Shown in pieces: positions 1 to 9,713 of a stretch of DNA of 64,000 nt (positions within the stretch are counted from its first letter, which is position 1; every line of letters begins with the position of its first letter). The translations under genes were made by a program, and so were the position numbers. This stretch comes from an uncultured Elusimicrobia bacterium. GTDB taxonomy: Bacteria > Elusimicrobiota > Elusimicrobia > 2-01-FULL-59-12. The notes beneath the pieces are model-generated. The model did no database searches, had not been told where the DNA came from, and worked only from the letters and a program-made list of their open reading frames with translations. The stretch spans positions 672,001 through 736,000 of the forward strand of contig OY969767.1 of the NCBI GenBank assembly GCA_963702895.1. The letters are read 5' to 3'.

Positions 1-752
1 GGCTGAAGGCTTTGGAGCTTCCGGAGATGCACCAGCATTTATTGAGATCCCACATGGCATTGCTCGATGAGATTCGCGTCCAAATTCGAGCGACAGAAGA
101 ATGGATTGATCGGGTTTTAAGGGATCACCCTTTGCGCGAGCTTGTCGATTCATTTCCTGGGGTCGGCAAGATCTTAAGTGCTCTGATGGCCTTGGAAATT
201 GACACCATTGAACGGTTTCCGACGGCTGCGCGGTTTGCATCGTACTGTGGCGTGGTGTGTAGTACCTACAGTTCAGGGGGTAAGACGTATCACGGAGGAT
301 TGATCCCGTCTTGTAACCGCTATTTACGCTACGCATTAATCGAGGCCTGTTGGACGGCTGTATCTGTATCACCGTACTTTAAAGCCTTTTATCAGCAACG
401 AAGAATTCGAAAGCTGTCATCGGTCGCTATTGTGGCAGTGGCCAGAAAGATGGCAGAGATCATGTGGGTATGCCTGAAGAACAAGAGGAAGTATAAGGAA
501 AAGATGTATCGATTTGGTCGAGTCGCCTTGGCGAAATCTTAACGGAAGCCGCGTTTAACTGCAGCGTAAGGGACCCGGCCTCGAACCATTACAGTGTCCA
601 GACGTCGTGGACGAAGAAAAGTGTGAGTACAGCTTAAGCATCAAGACGAGGCGACGGTAAGAAAAACGCTCAAATAGCTAGTCGCACCACGGCCTACTTC
701 AAAGGCAAGGAGAGACCTTTTGTCATTAAAGAATTTACTTGCGCCCGCTTTC
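1..752 (+). mobile_element. Right part of an IS110/IS1111-type insertion sequence including a ~200-nt 3' non-coding end (right boundary approximate)
   Basis: Transposase followed by non-coding DNA of lower GC before the convergent DUF493 gene. Confidence 0.6.
3..542 (+). CDS. IS110-family transposase/recombinase, C-terminal part (5'-truncated by window edge)
   Basis: Motifs 'SFPGVGKILSA...EIDTIERFPTAARFASYCGVV....SSGGK....G.I...NRYLRYALIEA' and 'AIVAVARKMA' are typical of the IS116/IS110/IS902 C-terminal domain. Confidence 0.92.
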   Translation: MKALELPEMHQHLLRSHMALLDEIRVQIRATEEWIDRVLRDHPLRELVDSFPGVGKILSALMALEIDTIERFPTAARFASYCGVVCSTYSSGGKTYHGGLIPSCNRYLRYALIEACWTAVSVSPYFKAFYQQRRIRKLSSVAIVAVARKMAEIMWVCLKNKRKYKEKMYRFGRVALAKS

Positions 753-767
753 AGAAAAGATTCCCGG

Positions 768-1016
768 TTAAAGGACCATTTTCACCTGCGGATGCTCCTT
801 GAACGCCTGGAAGAGCTCATTCCGATGCTCTTCCGAGGTGACCCAGATATCAATATGCAGCGACACGTAGCGCTTTTGGCTGCTTTCCTTGGAAAAGCTC
901 ACCCTGTGCTCCGTGCCCCGGGTGATCGCGCCCACCGCCAGGCGCAGTCCCTCCTCGTCGGGTCCGATCACCGCATACGTCCACCAACAGGGGTACTCAA
1001 CCTTCGCTTCGACCAT
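768..1016 (-). CDS. YbeD/DUF493 family protein
   Basis: 82 aa; 'VEYPCWWTYAVIG', 'SS.KRYVSL', C-terminal 'HPQVKMVL'. Confidence 0.85.
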   Translation of the reverse strand: MVEAKVEYPCWWTYAVIGPDEEGLRLAVGAITRGTEHRVSFSKESSQKRYVSLHIDIWVTSEEHRNELFQAFKEHPQVKMVL

Positions 1017-1126
1017 GCGATCGAGATCCTATAAAAATTCTGAGTAGACAGAATCATCAATTCGTTCCACTTTGGCTCGGATGTGTTGCGGCGAGAGGGC
1101 GCCTATGATATCTTGGGCCTGACGAT

Positions 1127-3235
1127 ATGTTTATCGAAATTGCGATGAGCCTTCCCCTGGATCGTACCTTCCACTACGAAGTGCCGGCATCGCTTCCCTG
1201 TGATGAGACGTTCATCGGACGGAGGGTGCTCGCGCCCTTTGGCAAGAAGACCCTCGTGGGCTATATCGTAGGCATTCAGCACGAGGCGCCCCCCTTTCCT
1301 GTCAAACCCATTCAGAGCATTCTTGACCATGAGCTGCTCATCGATCAGCCCTTGCTTGACCTGGCGCGTTGGGTCGCGAGTCGCTACCTCTGTTCGTTGG
1401 GGGAGGCGCTGGCTTGTATTGTGCCGCCCACCCTTGCCAAACCGAAGAGACAAGGGGCAGCGGAGAGGCAAAAGCGGACGGAGGATGAGGAAAAGATTTT
1501 AAAGGGCAATTCCTTTTCTCTTTCCCCCGATCCCTCCCCCCTCAAATTGACGCCCGGCCAGAGCGCGGCCCTGACGCCGCTTCTCGCGGCCGTGGGAGCG
1601 CGGCAGTTCAAACCTTTCTTGATCCGGGGTATCACGGATTCCGGCAAAACAGAGCTCTACCTGCGTGCGATGGATCTTACGCTCGAACAAGGGAGGCAGG
1701 CTCTTTTTCTGCTGCCTGAAATCGCTCTGACGCCTCCCTTCTTCGACCGGCTGCGGGAGCGCTACGGGGAGCAGAAGGTGGGGCTTTGGCACAGTGGCTT
1801 GTCCGAGGGTGAGCGTTACAGGACCTGGACCGGGGCTCGCCGTGGCGAGATCCAGGTCATTTTAGGCGCTCGCTCTGCCGTGTTTGCGCCTTTCCCCAAG
1901 CTGGGGCTCCTGGTGCTCGATGAGGAGCATGAAGCGACGTACAAGCAGGAAGACCGACCCCGTTATCATACGCGGGAGGTGGCGCTGCGGCGCGCGGAGC
2001 TTAGCTCCAGCGTTCTCATCATGGGGAGCGCGACCCCAAGCATCGAAAGTTATTGGAAAGCCAAAGAAGGTCTCTACACCCTTCTGGAGCTCACGTCACG
2101 GGTTGAAGAAAAGCAGCTTCCGCCCGTCGAACTCATTGATCGAAGAGCGAAGGGAGATGGGCAAAAAGCAAAGGAGAATGGCAAAGAACAAGAACAAAAG
2201 GGGGACCTTCAAGCGGCCCGTCGATCATCCCCCACTTCTCGCTTCCCGCCCTTCAGTGTGTTTTCGGAGCCGCTCCGCCTGGCCATCGAACAGCGGCTGG
2301 CCCGAAAGGAGCAGATCCTCCTCTTCGTGAATCGGCGGGGTTATACACCTTTTTTGCGTTGCTCGACGTGCGGGTGGGTGGCGCGCTGTGATCGCTGCGC
2401 GATGACGCTCACGCTCCATCATTCAGAGTCATCCCCCTACATGCAATGTCATACCTGCTCACGAAAGCAAAACGTCCCCATTCAGTGCCCCTCATGTCAG
2501 AGCATGCGTGTTCGGCAGTACGGCACAGGGACCCAAAAGGTCGAAGAGGAATTGAAAACTCTTTTCCCATTTGTGAAATTAGGCCGTCTGGATCGGGACG
2601 TGGCCGCCAAGAGAAAGCAGCATGAAAACATCTATCGTGCCTTTGCCAGCCGGGAGCTCGATGTTCTGGTGGGCACGCAGATGATCGCCAAGGGCTTCAA
2701 TTTTCCAGGCGTGACGCTCGTCGGGGTTGTCGATGCGGATGTGTCGCTCCACCTGCCTGACTTCCGGGCGGCCGAACGAACTTTTGACCTCTTAACGCAG
2801 GTGGCGGGCCGCACGGGGCGAGGCAAGTCCCGAGGTCTCGTGTATGTCCAAACGCACCATCCGGACCATTACGCCCTCCAGGCCGCGAAGCATCATGATT
2901 ATCTGCGCTTCTATGGTCGCGAGATCGAGGACCGTAAATCACTGAGCTACCCCCCCTATTGCCAATTGGTGAGTGTCATTTTACGCGCGAGCAAAGAGGA
3001 GGCAGCACATGCCGCCTCCGAAGAGCTTTATGCTCGGCTGGAGAGCGTTCATTCTGAAGCGACTCTTCTCGGTCCCTCGCCGGCCCCCTACAGCCGCTTA
3101 CGCAATCAATTCCGGTATCAGATCTTGCTCAAAGGTGCTGAAGCGTCTCTCGCGCGACTTCTCGAGGTCCTTCGTGCATGGAAACCTTCCAAGGCCTACA
3201 TGAGCGTGGATGTGGACCCGGCGGATCTGCTTTAA
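1127..3235 (+). CDS. priA: Primosomal protein N' (replication restart helicase)
   Basis: Walker A 'GITDSGKTELY', 'LLPEIALT', 'DEEHE', CxxC zinc-finger pairs, 'GTQMIAKG', C-terminal 'VDVDP'. Confidence 0.97.
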   Translation: MFIEIAMSLPLDRTFHYEVPASLPCDETFIGRRVLAPFGKKTLVGYIVGIQHEAPPFPVKPIQSILDHELLIDQPLLDLARWVASRYLCSLGEALACIVPPTLAKPKRQGAAERQKRTEDEEKILKGNSFSLSPDPSPLKLTPGQSAALTPLLAAVGARQFKPFLIRGITDSGKTELYLRAMDLTLEQGRQALFLLPEIALTPPFFDRLRERYGEQKVGLWHSGLSEGERYRTWTGARRGEIQVILGARSAVFAPFPKLGLLVLDEEHEATYKQEDRPRYHTREVALRRAELSSSVLIMGSATPSIESYWKAKEGLYTLLELTSRVEEKQLPPVELIDRRAKGDGQKAKENGKEQEQKGDLQAARRSSPTSRFPPFSVFSEPLRLAIEQRLARKEQILLFVNRRGYTPFLRCSTCGWVARCDRCAMTLTLHHSESSPYMQCHTCSRKQNVPIQCPSCQSMRVRQYGTGTQKVEEELKTLFPFVKLGRLDRDVAAKRKQHENIYRAFASRELDVLVGTQMIAKGFNFPGVTLVGVVDADVSLHLPDFRAAERTFDLLTQVAGRTGRGKSRGLVYVQTHHPDHYALQAAKHHDYLRFYGREIEDRKSLSYPPYCQLVSVILRASKEEAAHAASEELYARLESVHSEATLLGPSPAPYSRLRNQFRYQILLKGAEASLARLLEVLRAWKPSKAYMSVDVDPADLL

Positions 3236-3271
3236 CTATTGATTTTTCGCGAGAATTCGTATAGAAATTAA

Positions 3272-5218
3272 TTGTTCATGTACTTAAGAGCATTTCTCAT
3301 CACGCGCTGGCTCGTGGCGGTCTTAGGGAGTGGAGGATGTCTTCTGTTGACTCCTGAGACAATCCGAGCAATCGAAATAGCGCCGGCGACCGCCGCTGAC
3401 ATCTTGACGGCTTTGGGGCCGGACGCCAAGGGACTGTTAATTCAACAGCAAAACCTCCCCGACCTCTTCACCTTGACTTCCAGTCGCATCGATGAGGACG
3501 CGACGCGCTTTATTATTGTGGAGCCCTATGTCGGTGGTCGCTGGAAGGATGGGAAAGCGATCATCGAGTACGCGCGCGATTTATCTTATACGCTGGTCAG
3601 CATTTATGACAAGAAAGGGCGGCGCCAAAGAATTTATTCTGTACGGACTCAATACGCTGAGCATTTGGCACGAATACAACAGCAAGACCAGGTCGTGATG
3701 CGACCTCAAGCTTCGGCGGCCACGTCGGCGCCAAAGGAAACCTATGAAAGGCGGCAGCCCGAGCCTCAGGAAACCACTGAAACGCGGCAACCCGCGCCTC
3801 AGGAAACCACTGAAACGCGGCAGCCCGCTGTGGTGCCCGTTTCAACACCCAAGAAAACCCCGAGCCGGGAATACGAATGGGATGAATCCAAAGGAGAGTA
3901 TGTCCCTTCCGGCACCGTGAAACGTCCGGCAAGGTCCGAGGCAGCCGAGCAAACAGAGTCGGTGCAAAAAGAGCGCTCCGCAGGCGCTGAATCCTCAGCG
4001 CGTCGATCTGGGAGACTTCGGCGATATCGTCTGAGCACGACCACCGAGGAAACAAGCGGGGCTGCCGTCTCGGGTCCAGCAGCGGGCTTATCCGGCACTT
4101 CTGGAGGTTCGTCACCGCCCCAAGAGATCTGGCTGCCCACCGGATCGCCATCCAAAGGGAAGTCCGCCAAGGGCACGGTGGTCGCCGCGGCGGGCGCGAA
4201 GTGGGTGGAGCGCAAAGATGTGAGTGTCCCGGAGGCTCAAGCCCCTGCGCGTCGAACCGAAACCCGGTCTGACTCTTCAAGGTCAAAGGTCCAAAAAGAA
4301 AAAGCAGTGGAAACGCAACGAGAAAAACCGATTCAAGAACCGCCTGTTGTGGCGCAGCAAGAACAAGTGAGCGAAGAGCTCCCGGCGAAGAAGAAATCTG
4401 ACGAAACTCGTATTCAGGAGGCGCCCGTGGTCGCACGTCGTGAAGAATCGCCGGCGCCGCGGGGCGCGGTCTCGTCTCCGGAGCAGGGATCACCCCAGAA
4501 GCCTTCCGATCGTGTTCATGAAGAGTCTGTCCCTTCCACGGAAGAGCTCCTGGTTTCACCTCCAGACGATACCCACAGGCCCACCGATGAAGGAGACGCC
4601 TGGGTGCCCAAGAAGGTTGCCATGCCCACGAGTGTGGATTCTGGAATTTCCGATGTCGCTCCAGAACCGAAAAAAGTTGCCATGTTACCCAAACAAGCCC
4701 CTGTCGATAATTCTGTCGAGAAACTGCTTAAAATGTCTCCCGGAGGGAAGGAAGCGGTGACGCGAGAAGGGGACTCTTGGATGCCCAAAAAAACGTCGTT
4801 GGAGACGCCAGCGACTGAAGTCCAATTGACCCAGGAAATTCGCAGGCTTCGTGAAGAGGAGAAAAAGCGCGCCGCGCCAGCGGTGAAAACTCCGATCAAA
4901 CGCGACATCAACAATCCGGAGGAAGGCGTTCTCCCGGTGAGCTCCTTTGAGAAAATGTCCGGGCCCATGTACGGCCGCCATCGGGAGTATGAGCGCCGTT
5001 TCTATCCCGGCAAAAAGGCGAAGAGCAAGGCGCCAGAACATGATTTTTATGTCGACGAGGTTGACCGTAAAAAAGAAATCCACAACATTTATTTTTACCA
5101 ACAGCGAAAAAACAAACCGCCCAAGCTGGTTGCTGTTCAGCGTCACGAAAAAGTGTCGTTCCGAGGCAATTACGACATCGACAAAGAAGATTCTGGCAAG
5201 CTCAGTACCTATAATTGA
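3272..5218 (+). CDS. Hypothetical exported protein with long low-complexity P/E/S/K-rich linker
   Basis: 648-aa ORF; hydrophobic N-terminus; duplicated 'PQETTETRQPA'; globular-looking N- and C-terminal ends. Confidence 0.7.
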   Translation: MFMYLRAFLITRWLVAVLGSGGCLLLTPETIRAIEIAPATAADILTALGPDAKGLLIQQQNLPDLFTLTSSRIDEDATRFIIVEPYVGGRWKDGKAIIEYARDLSYTLVSIYDKKGRRQRIYSVRTQYAEHLARIQQQDQVVMRPQASAATSAPKETYERRQPEPQETTETRQPAPQETTETRQPAVVPVSTPKKTPSREYEWDESKGEYVPSGTVKRPARSEAAEQTESVQKERSAGAESSARRSGRLRRYRLSTTTEETSGAAVSGPAAGLSGTSGGSSPPQEIWLPTGSPSKGKSAKGTVVAAAGAKWVERKDVSVPEAQAPARRTETRSDSSRSKVQKEKAVETQREKPIQEPPVVAQQEQVSEELPAKKKSDETRIQEAPVVARREESPAPRGAVSSPEQGSPQKPSDRVHEESVPSTEELLVSPPDDTHRPTDEGDAWVPKKVAMPTSVDSGISDVAPEPKKVAMLPKQAPVDNSVEKLLKMSPGGKEAVTREGDSWMPKKTSLETPATEVQLTQEIRRLREEEKKRAAPAVKTPIKRDINNPEEGVLPVSSFEKMSGPMYGRHREYERRFYPGKKAKSKAPEHDFYVDEVDRKKEIHNIYFYQQRKNKPPKLVAVQRHEKVSFRGNYDIDKEDSGKLSTYN

Positions 5219-7092
5219 CCGGTTTTCTCTTTTTCTCATCCTTCCTCTATTATCTTGCGGGTTTGAGCGGCACGGTCCCTGCCTATCGGGACTCCGGTGA
5301 CCTCATTGCTTCCATTGATTCCTTAGGGATCGCCCACCCGCCGGGTTACGCGCTCTATGTCCTGATCGGGAAGCTCGTGGTGACCCTCCTTCCGTTTGGG
5401 AATGTCTCCTACCGTGTCAATGTGATGAGCGCGCTGTTCGCTTCCGGGGCGGTTGTCGTTCTCTATCGGGTTCTGGTGAAAGTCACACAAGAAAAAAGCG
5501 TGGTTCCGTTGATCCTCAGTGGACTTCTGGTGGTTTCGCCCGCCATGACCGCGCTTGCCCGAGTCGCTGAGATGTACACCCTCTCCGCGCTCCTGACGGC
5601 GCTGGTGGTCTTGTGTCTTCTGTCCGAGGACCCCAGAGGGCCATCCTGGGCGGCCCTGTTTCTCGGGCTGGGGCTTTCCGTGCATTTGACGCTCGTCTTC
5701 CTTGTCCCTCTTTTTCTGATCGCACCTTCTCGTACGATCACACGCAGGAGCGCCCTCTTTTTCCTTCTCGGCTTATCGATCTTTCTCTATCTCCCTCTGC
5801 GGGCCGCGCAGGACCCGGTCCTGAATTGGGGGGACCCTTCGCACTGGCGCAATTTCTGGCGAGTGGTGACGCGCGCGGACTATGGGGGGTTGAAGCTTCA
5901 CCCCCAAGAGAGTGTCCTCGCCTGGACGCCCGCACAAATCTTTCGACAGAGCCAGTATTTTCTCACCACCTTTTCGCGAGATTGGGGCTGGGGGGGACTC
6001 TTTTGGGGTGTGGTGGGTGTGGTCGTCACGATGAGGCGTGATTCCAAACGGCAGGCATGGGCCTGGGGCGTGCTCAGCGCATGGCTGCTCGCCGGGCCCG
6101 CCTTCTTCGTGTTATCGAACTTGCCCTTGGAGGCCGCAAGCACCCCAGCGATCCTTCAACCCTACGTGATCCTCCCCCTGGTGTTATGGAGCCTTTTCAC
6201 AGCCATCGGGATCCACGCCGCGATCACCCGAACCAACCACAAACGGTGGATGACGATGGCGTGCGCGGTGCTTCTCCTCGGGACAAAGTCCTGGGCGTGG
6301 CCAAACACAAGGCATGATTTCTACGCTTATGATTACGCGCGCAACCTGCTGAGAATTTTACCCCAGGATGCCGTTCTGTATGATCCGGATGACACCACCC
6401 ACTTTTCGATCCAGGTGCTTCAGCTTTTGGAGGACCGGCGGCGGGATGTGGTCTTGCTCAGCTTTTTTCGCACACGTTGGGGCTATGAGCAGATCAAGAG
6501 AAGGTGGCCGGACCTCTTGCCGCCTATTCCCATGAGAAGCGGCGACGAACTCCAGAAGGCGCTCTGGGACTATGCCGCCCGCCGGCGTCCCTTTTTCGCG
6601 GAGCTGCCCCAAAAGTTTGAGGGGCGTCCTTACCGATCTTACGGCCTTCTTTACTCGCCGACAGGCCTCTCGAGCCGTGAGTTCAACGCCACCGCCTCGC
6701 GCCGGCAGAGTCGTCTGCTTCTCGAAACCATGCTTTGCCGTGGCCGCTGTGTGACAACATCGCACCAGGATTTCTTTACCAAGCATTTGCTCGGCTACTA
6801 TGCGGCAGCCAGGAGCAATCTCGGCCTCGAGTATGCTTCCGCGAAAGACTGGCCGGAAGCGGTGCGTTATTACCAAGCGGCGCTCGAGATTGATCCTGAG
6901 CTTTCCGCCGCATGGAACAATTGGGGTATCGCCGACTTTGAGCAGCGTGATTACGCTGCCGCCGCCAAGCGCTTCCAGCGCGCGTTGAACTTTGAACCCA
7001 AGAACGAACTCTTTCAAAAAAACCTCCACCTTGCTCAAGAGCATCAAGGACAAAGAGGATCACAGACAGGGGAAAGAGTGATGAGCAGGTAG
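5215..7092 (+). CDS. DUF2723/TMEM260-like multi-pass membrane glycosyltransferase with C-terminal TPR
   Basis: 'DSGDLIASIDSLGIAHPPGYALY', 'AEMYTL', 'LYLPLRA...P.LNWGDP'; TPR motif near C-terminus. Confidence 0.85.
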   Translation: MTGFLFFSSFLYYLAGLSGTVPAYRDSGDLIASIDSLGIAHPPGYALYVLIGKLVVTLLPFGNVSYRVNVMSALFASGAVVVLYRVLVKVTQEKSVVPLILSGLLVVSPAMTALARVAEMYTLSALLTALVVLCLLSEDPRGPSWAALFLGLGLSVHLTLVFLVPLFLIAPSRTITRRSALFFLLGLSIFLYLPLRAAQDPVLNWGDPSHWRNFWRVVTRADYGGLKLHPQESVLAWTPAQIFRQSQYFLTTFSRDWGWGGLFWGVVGVVVTMRRDSKRQAWAWGVLSAWLLAGPAFFVLSNLPLEAASTPAILQPYVILPLVLWSLFTAIGIHAAITRTNHKRWMTMACAVLLLGTKSWAWPNTRHDFYAYDYARNLLRILPQDAVLYDPDDTTHFSIQVLQLLEDRRRDVVLLSFFRTRWGYEQIKRRWPDLLPPIPMRSGDELQKALWDYAARRRPFFAELPQKFEGRPYRSYGLLYSPTGLSSREFNATASRRQSRLLLETMLCRGRCVTTSHQDFFTKHLLGYYAAARSNLGLEYASAKDWPEAVRYYQAALEIDPELSAAWNNWGIADFEQRDYAAAAKRFQRALNFEPKNELFQKNLHLAQEHQGQRGSQTGERVMSR

Positions 7093-7200
7093 ACGGTTTT
7101 CCCGGCCTGAGCGTTTCCCTCTGTCCCCTGGCTCTGCTAGACAATAAATACAGAAAAACCTTTAATGATGCACGTCCATGATTCTTGCCTCTCACCTGCT

Positions 7201-7710
7201 ATGAGTTTGCTGCCCATTGTCAAATACGGCGATCCCGTGCTCCGCCAACACACTCCCCCTATTCCGCGCATTGATGAGGAATTGCTCCAAACGATCAGCG
7301 ACATGTTCAAGACCATGTACGCGGCGCCAGGAATTGGACTGGCTGCTAATCAGGTGGGACTCTCCAAATGTTTTGCCGTCATTGACCTGCAGCCGGAGGG
7401 CCAGAAGCGGCCGCTGGTGATCATTAATCCCGTCATTGAAGAGCGCTCGGGCACGGTCTATGAGGAAGAAGGGTGTCTTTCGATCCCTGGGTTCGCCGCC
7501 AAGATCAAACGGGCCGCGAAAGTCCGCGTTCGCGCGCTCAGCGAGCACGGTCTTCCGGTCATTCTGGAAGGAGAGGGGCTCCTGGCGCGCTGCCTGCAGC
7601 ATGAGATCGACCACTTAAACGGGAAATTCTATATCGATCACCTGCCCCTTCTTTCCCGCATGAAAATGAAGCGCGATATCGCCCTGCGCCGCAAACAAAA
7701 CCTGTTCTAA
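7201..7710 (+). CDS. def: Peptide deformylase
   Basis: 'GIGLAANQVG', 'EGCLSIP', 'QHEIDHLNG'. Confidence 0.97.
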   Translation: MSLLPIVKYGDPVLRQHTPPIPRIDEELLQTISDMFKTMYAAPGIGLAANQVGLSKCFAVIDLQPEGQKRPLVIINPVIEERSGTVYEEEGCLSIPGFAAKIKRAAKVRVRALSEHGLPVILEGEGLLARCLQHEIDHLNGKFYIDHLPLLSRMKMKRDIALRRKQNLF

Positions 7711-7714
7711 AGCC

Positions 7715-7845
7715 GTCATCCCCCGTGGGTTTAAACGGGGGATCCATCCATTTCAAATGGCGTCTCATGGATCCCGTCCGCCACACGGCAGGGCGGACGG
7801 CCCGCCGGATGTGTGGAGGGCCGGCTTACGACGCGCCGGGATGAC
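7715..7845. repeat. REP-like palindrome, family A (GTCATCCC...GGGATGAC)
   Basis: Terminal inverted GTCATCCC/GGGATGAC; its 3' ~65 nt is nearly identical to 24243-24322. Confidence 0.85.
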
Positions 7846-7873
7846 AGAACGCAGTATCAGCTACAATACCAGT

Positions 7874-8791
7874 ATGCTCAAAACTCTTTTCCTGGGCACC
7901 CCGGCCCTGGCCGTTCCGTTCCTCGAACGTCTGCATCAGTTGACGTCCATTCAAGCTGTCATCACGTCGCCAGACCAGCCGGCGGGAAGGGGCTATGAGC
8001 TCCAAGCACCACCGGTGAAGCTCGCGGCCCAGAAGCTGTCTCTTCCTGTTTGGCAGCCGGACAAGCTCAAAGACCCTTCGGTGGTGGATCGATTTCAGTC
8101 GTTTGGAGTGGATGTCGGTATCGTGGTGGCCTATGGGAAACTCATTCCCAAAAGCATCCTTTCCATCCCCAAGCACGGTTTCCTGAATGTTCATTTTTCA
8201 CTCCTCCCGAAATACCGGGGGGCCGCTCCGATACAGTGGACCCTGGTCAACGGGGAGACCGAAACGGGTGTGACCCTGTTTTGGTTGGATGAAGGGATGG
8301 ACACGGGGCCGACCTTTCTGCAAAAAAAAGAGACGATCCTCCCCGAAGACAGCGCTGAATCTCTCAGGAACAAATTGGTGGCCTCGGGCGTTGCATCCCT
8401 TACGGAAGCCTTGGCTCTTCTTGAGAGAGGAGAGATCAAACGCGTGCCGCAGACAGGGCCCGCGAGCCTTGCACCACTTCTGAAGAAAGAAGATGGCCTT
8501 CTGGACTGGTCCAAAGCGGCGCAGGCCATCGCTGACCAGATTCGCGGTCTCACACCCTGGCCAGGCGTTTATGTGCCTGGCCTCAAGATACTCAAAGCCA
8601 GAGCGCTTTCGGATTCGGCGCAGGGCGATCCGGGTACAGTCGTGAGCCTTGTTCCAGGAGAAGGGCCCGTTGTAAGATGTGGGGAAGGCGGTCTCCTGAT
8701 TCTCGAGGTTCAGCCGGAGGGGAAAAAGGCCATGGGGGCCTGGAGCTGGTGGCAAGGGGCTCGATTAAAAATAGCCGATAAGATAAGGTGA
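7874..8791 (+). CDS. fmt: Methionyl-tRNA formyltransferase
   Basis: 'FLGTP', 'PDQPAGRG', 'VVAYG', 'NVHFSLLPKYRGAAPIQW', 'MDTGP'; start placed at ATG 7874 because the upstream extension is repeat-derived. Confidence 0.96.
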   Translation: MLKTLFLGTPALAVPFLERLHQLTSIQAVITSPDQPAGRGYELQAPPVKLAAQKLSLPVWQPDKLKDPSVVDRFQSFGVDVGIVVAYGKLIPKSILSIPKHGFLNVHFSLLPKYRGAAPIQWTLVNGETETGVTLFWLDEGMDTGPTFLQKKETILPEDSAESLRNKLVASGVASLTEALALLERGEIKRVPQTGPASLAPLLKKEDGLLDWSKAAQAIADQIRGLTPWPGVYVPGLKILKARALSDSAQGDPGTVVSLVPGEGPVVRCGEGGLLILEVQPEGKKAMGAWSWWQGARLKIADKIR

Positions 8792-8795
8792 TTTT

Positions 8796-9680
8796 ATGAA
8801 TAGCTTAAAAACATTTTTGCTCATGGTGGGTCTTGTGGCGCTCTTTCTTTTCATCGGGAAGGCGCTCGGAGGGCAGATCGGCATGGTCTACGCGTTTATG
8901 CTGGCCTGCGTGATGAACTTATTTTCCTACTGGTTTTCTGACAAGCTGGTGCTGGCCCTGTATCGGGCGAAACCCGTTCCGGAGACCGATGACACGGGCC
9001 TCGTTCGTACGGTCAGGCGCCTCGCTCAGAAGGCCAGCATCCCCATGCCCAAGGTCTATCTGATCAAATCCCCTGTTCCGAATGCTTTTGCCACGGGACG
9101 CAACCCCCAGCACGCGGCGATCGCCGCTACGACGGGGATTGTGGAGGCCCTCTCGGAGAGAGAGCTCGAAGGCGTTCTGGCGCATGAGCTCTCCCATGTG
9201 ATCCATCGAGATATCTTGATTTCAACTGTGGCGGCCACGCTGGCGGGGGCGATCATGCTGCTCCGGCAAATGGCCTGGTGGGGTTCGATGTTCGGTGGCA
9301 TGCGGCGTGACCGTGATGAGCATGGCGGGGGACTGGAGCTCCTGGTGGCGATGATCGTCGCGCCTCTGGCGGCGACGCTCATCCAGCTGGCGATTTCAAG
9401 AAGCCGTGAGTATGATGCGGACAAAGGCGGCGCTGAACTGACGGGAGATCCTCTGAGCCTGGCAAGCGCTCTCTCCAAGATCTCGGCGGGCAATGCTCAT
9501 GCGCGCGTGCCGCTCACGGACAATCCGGCGACGGCCCACCTGTTCATTTGCAACCCTCTCAAAGGTCAGGGACTGGCTTCCCTCTTTTCGACCCATCCAC
9601 CGACGGCGGAGCGAATCAAACGCCTGGAGAGCTTGGCGGGCGTCGTCACCTCTTATAAGACACCGAAGCTGATCTACTGA
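8796..9680 (+). CDS. htpX: Zinc metalloprotease HtpX
   Basis: 'PNAFATGRNP', 'HELSH', 'ISRSREYDAD', 'FSTHPP'. Confidence 0.95.
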   Translation: MNSLKTFLLMVGLVALFLFIGKALGGQIGMVYAFMLACVMNLFSYWFSDKLVLALYRAKPVPETDDTGLVRTVRRLAQKASIPMPKVYLIKSPVPNAFATGRNPQHAAIAATTGIVEALSERELEGVLAHELSHVIHRDILISTVAATLAGAIMLLRQMAWWGSMFGGMRRDRDEHGGGLELLVAMIVAPLAATLIQLAISRSREYDADKGGAELTGDPLSLASALSKISAGNAHARVPLTDNPATAHLFICNPLKGQGLASLFSTHPPTAERIKRLESLAGVVTSYKTPKLIY

Positions 9681-9713
9681 GCATCGCCACAGGACTCTTA
9701 ACCCGGCACCGAC

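Noticed and set aside
7757..7873. N-terminal extensions of fmt (and of the regulators at 24290 and 37556)
   Set aside because: They are encoded by intergenic palindromes, and canonical ATG starts lie downstream.
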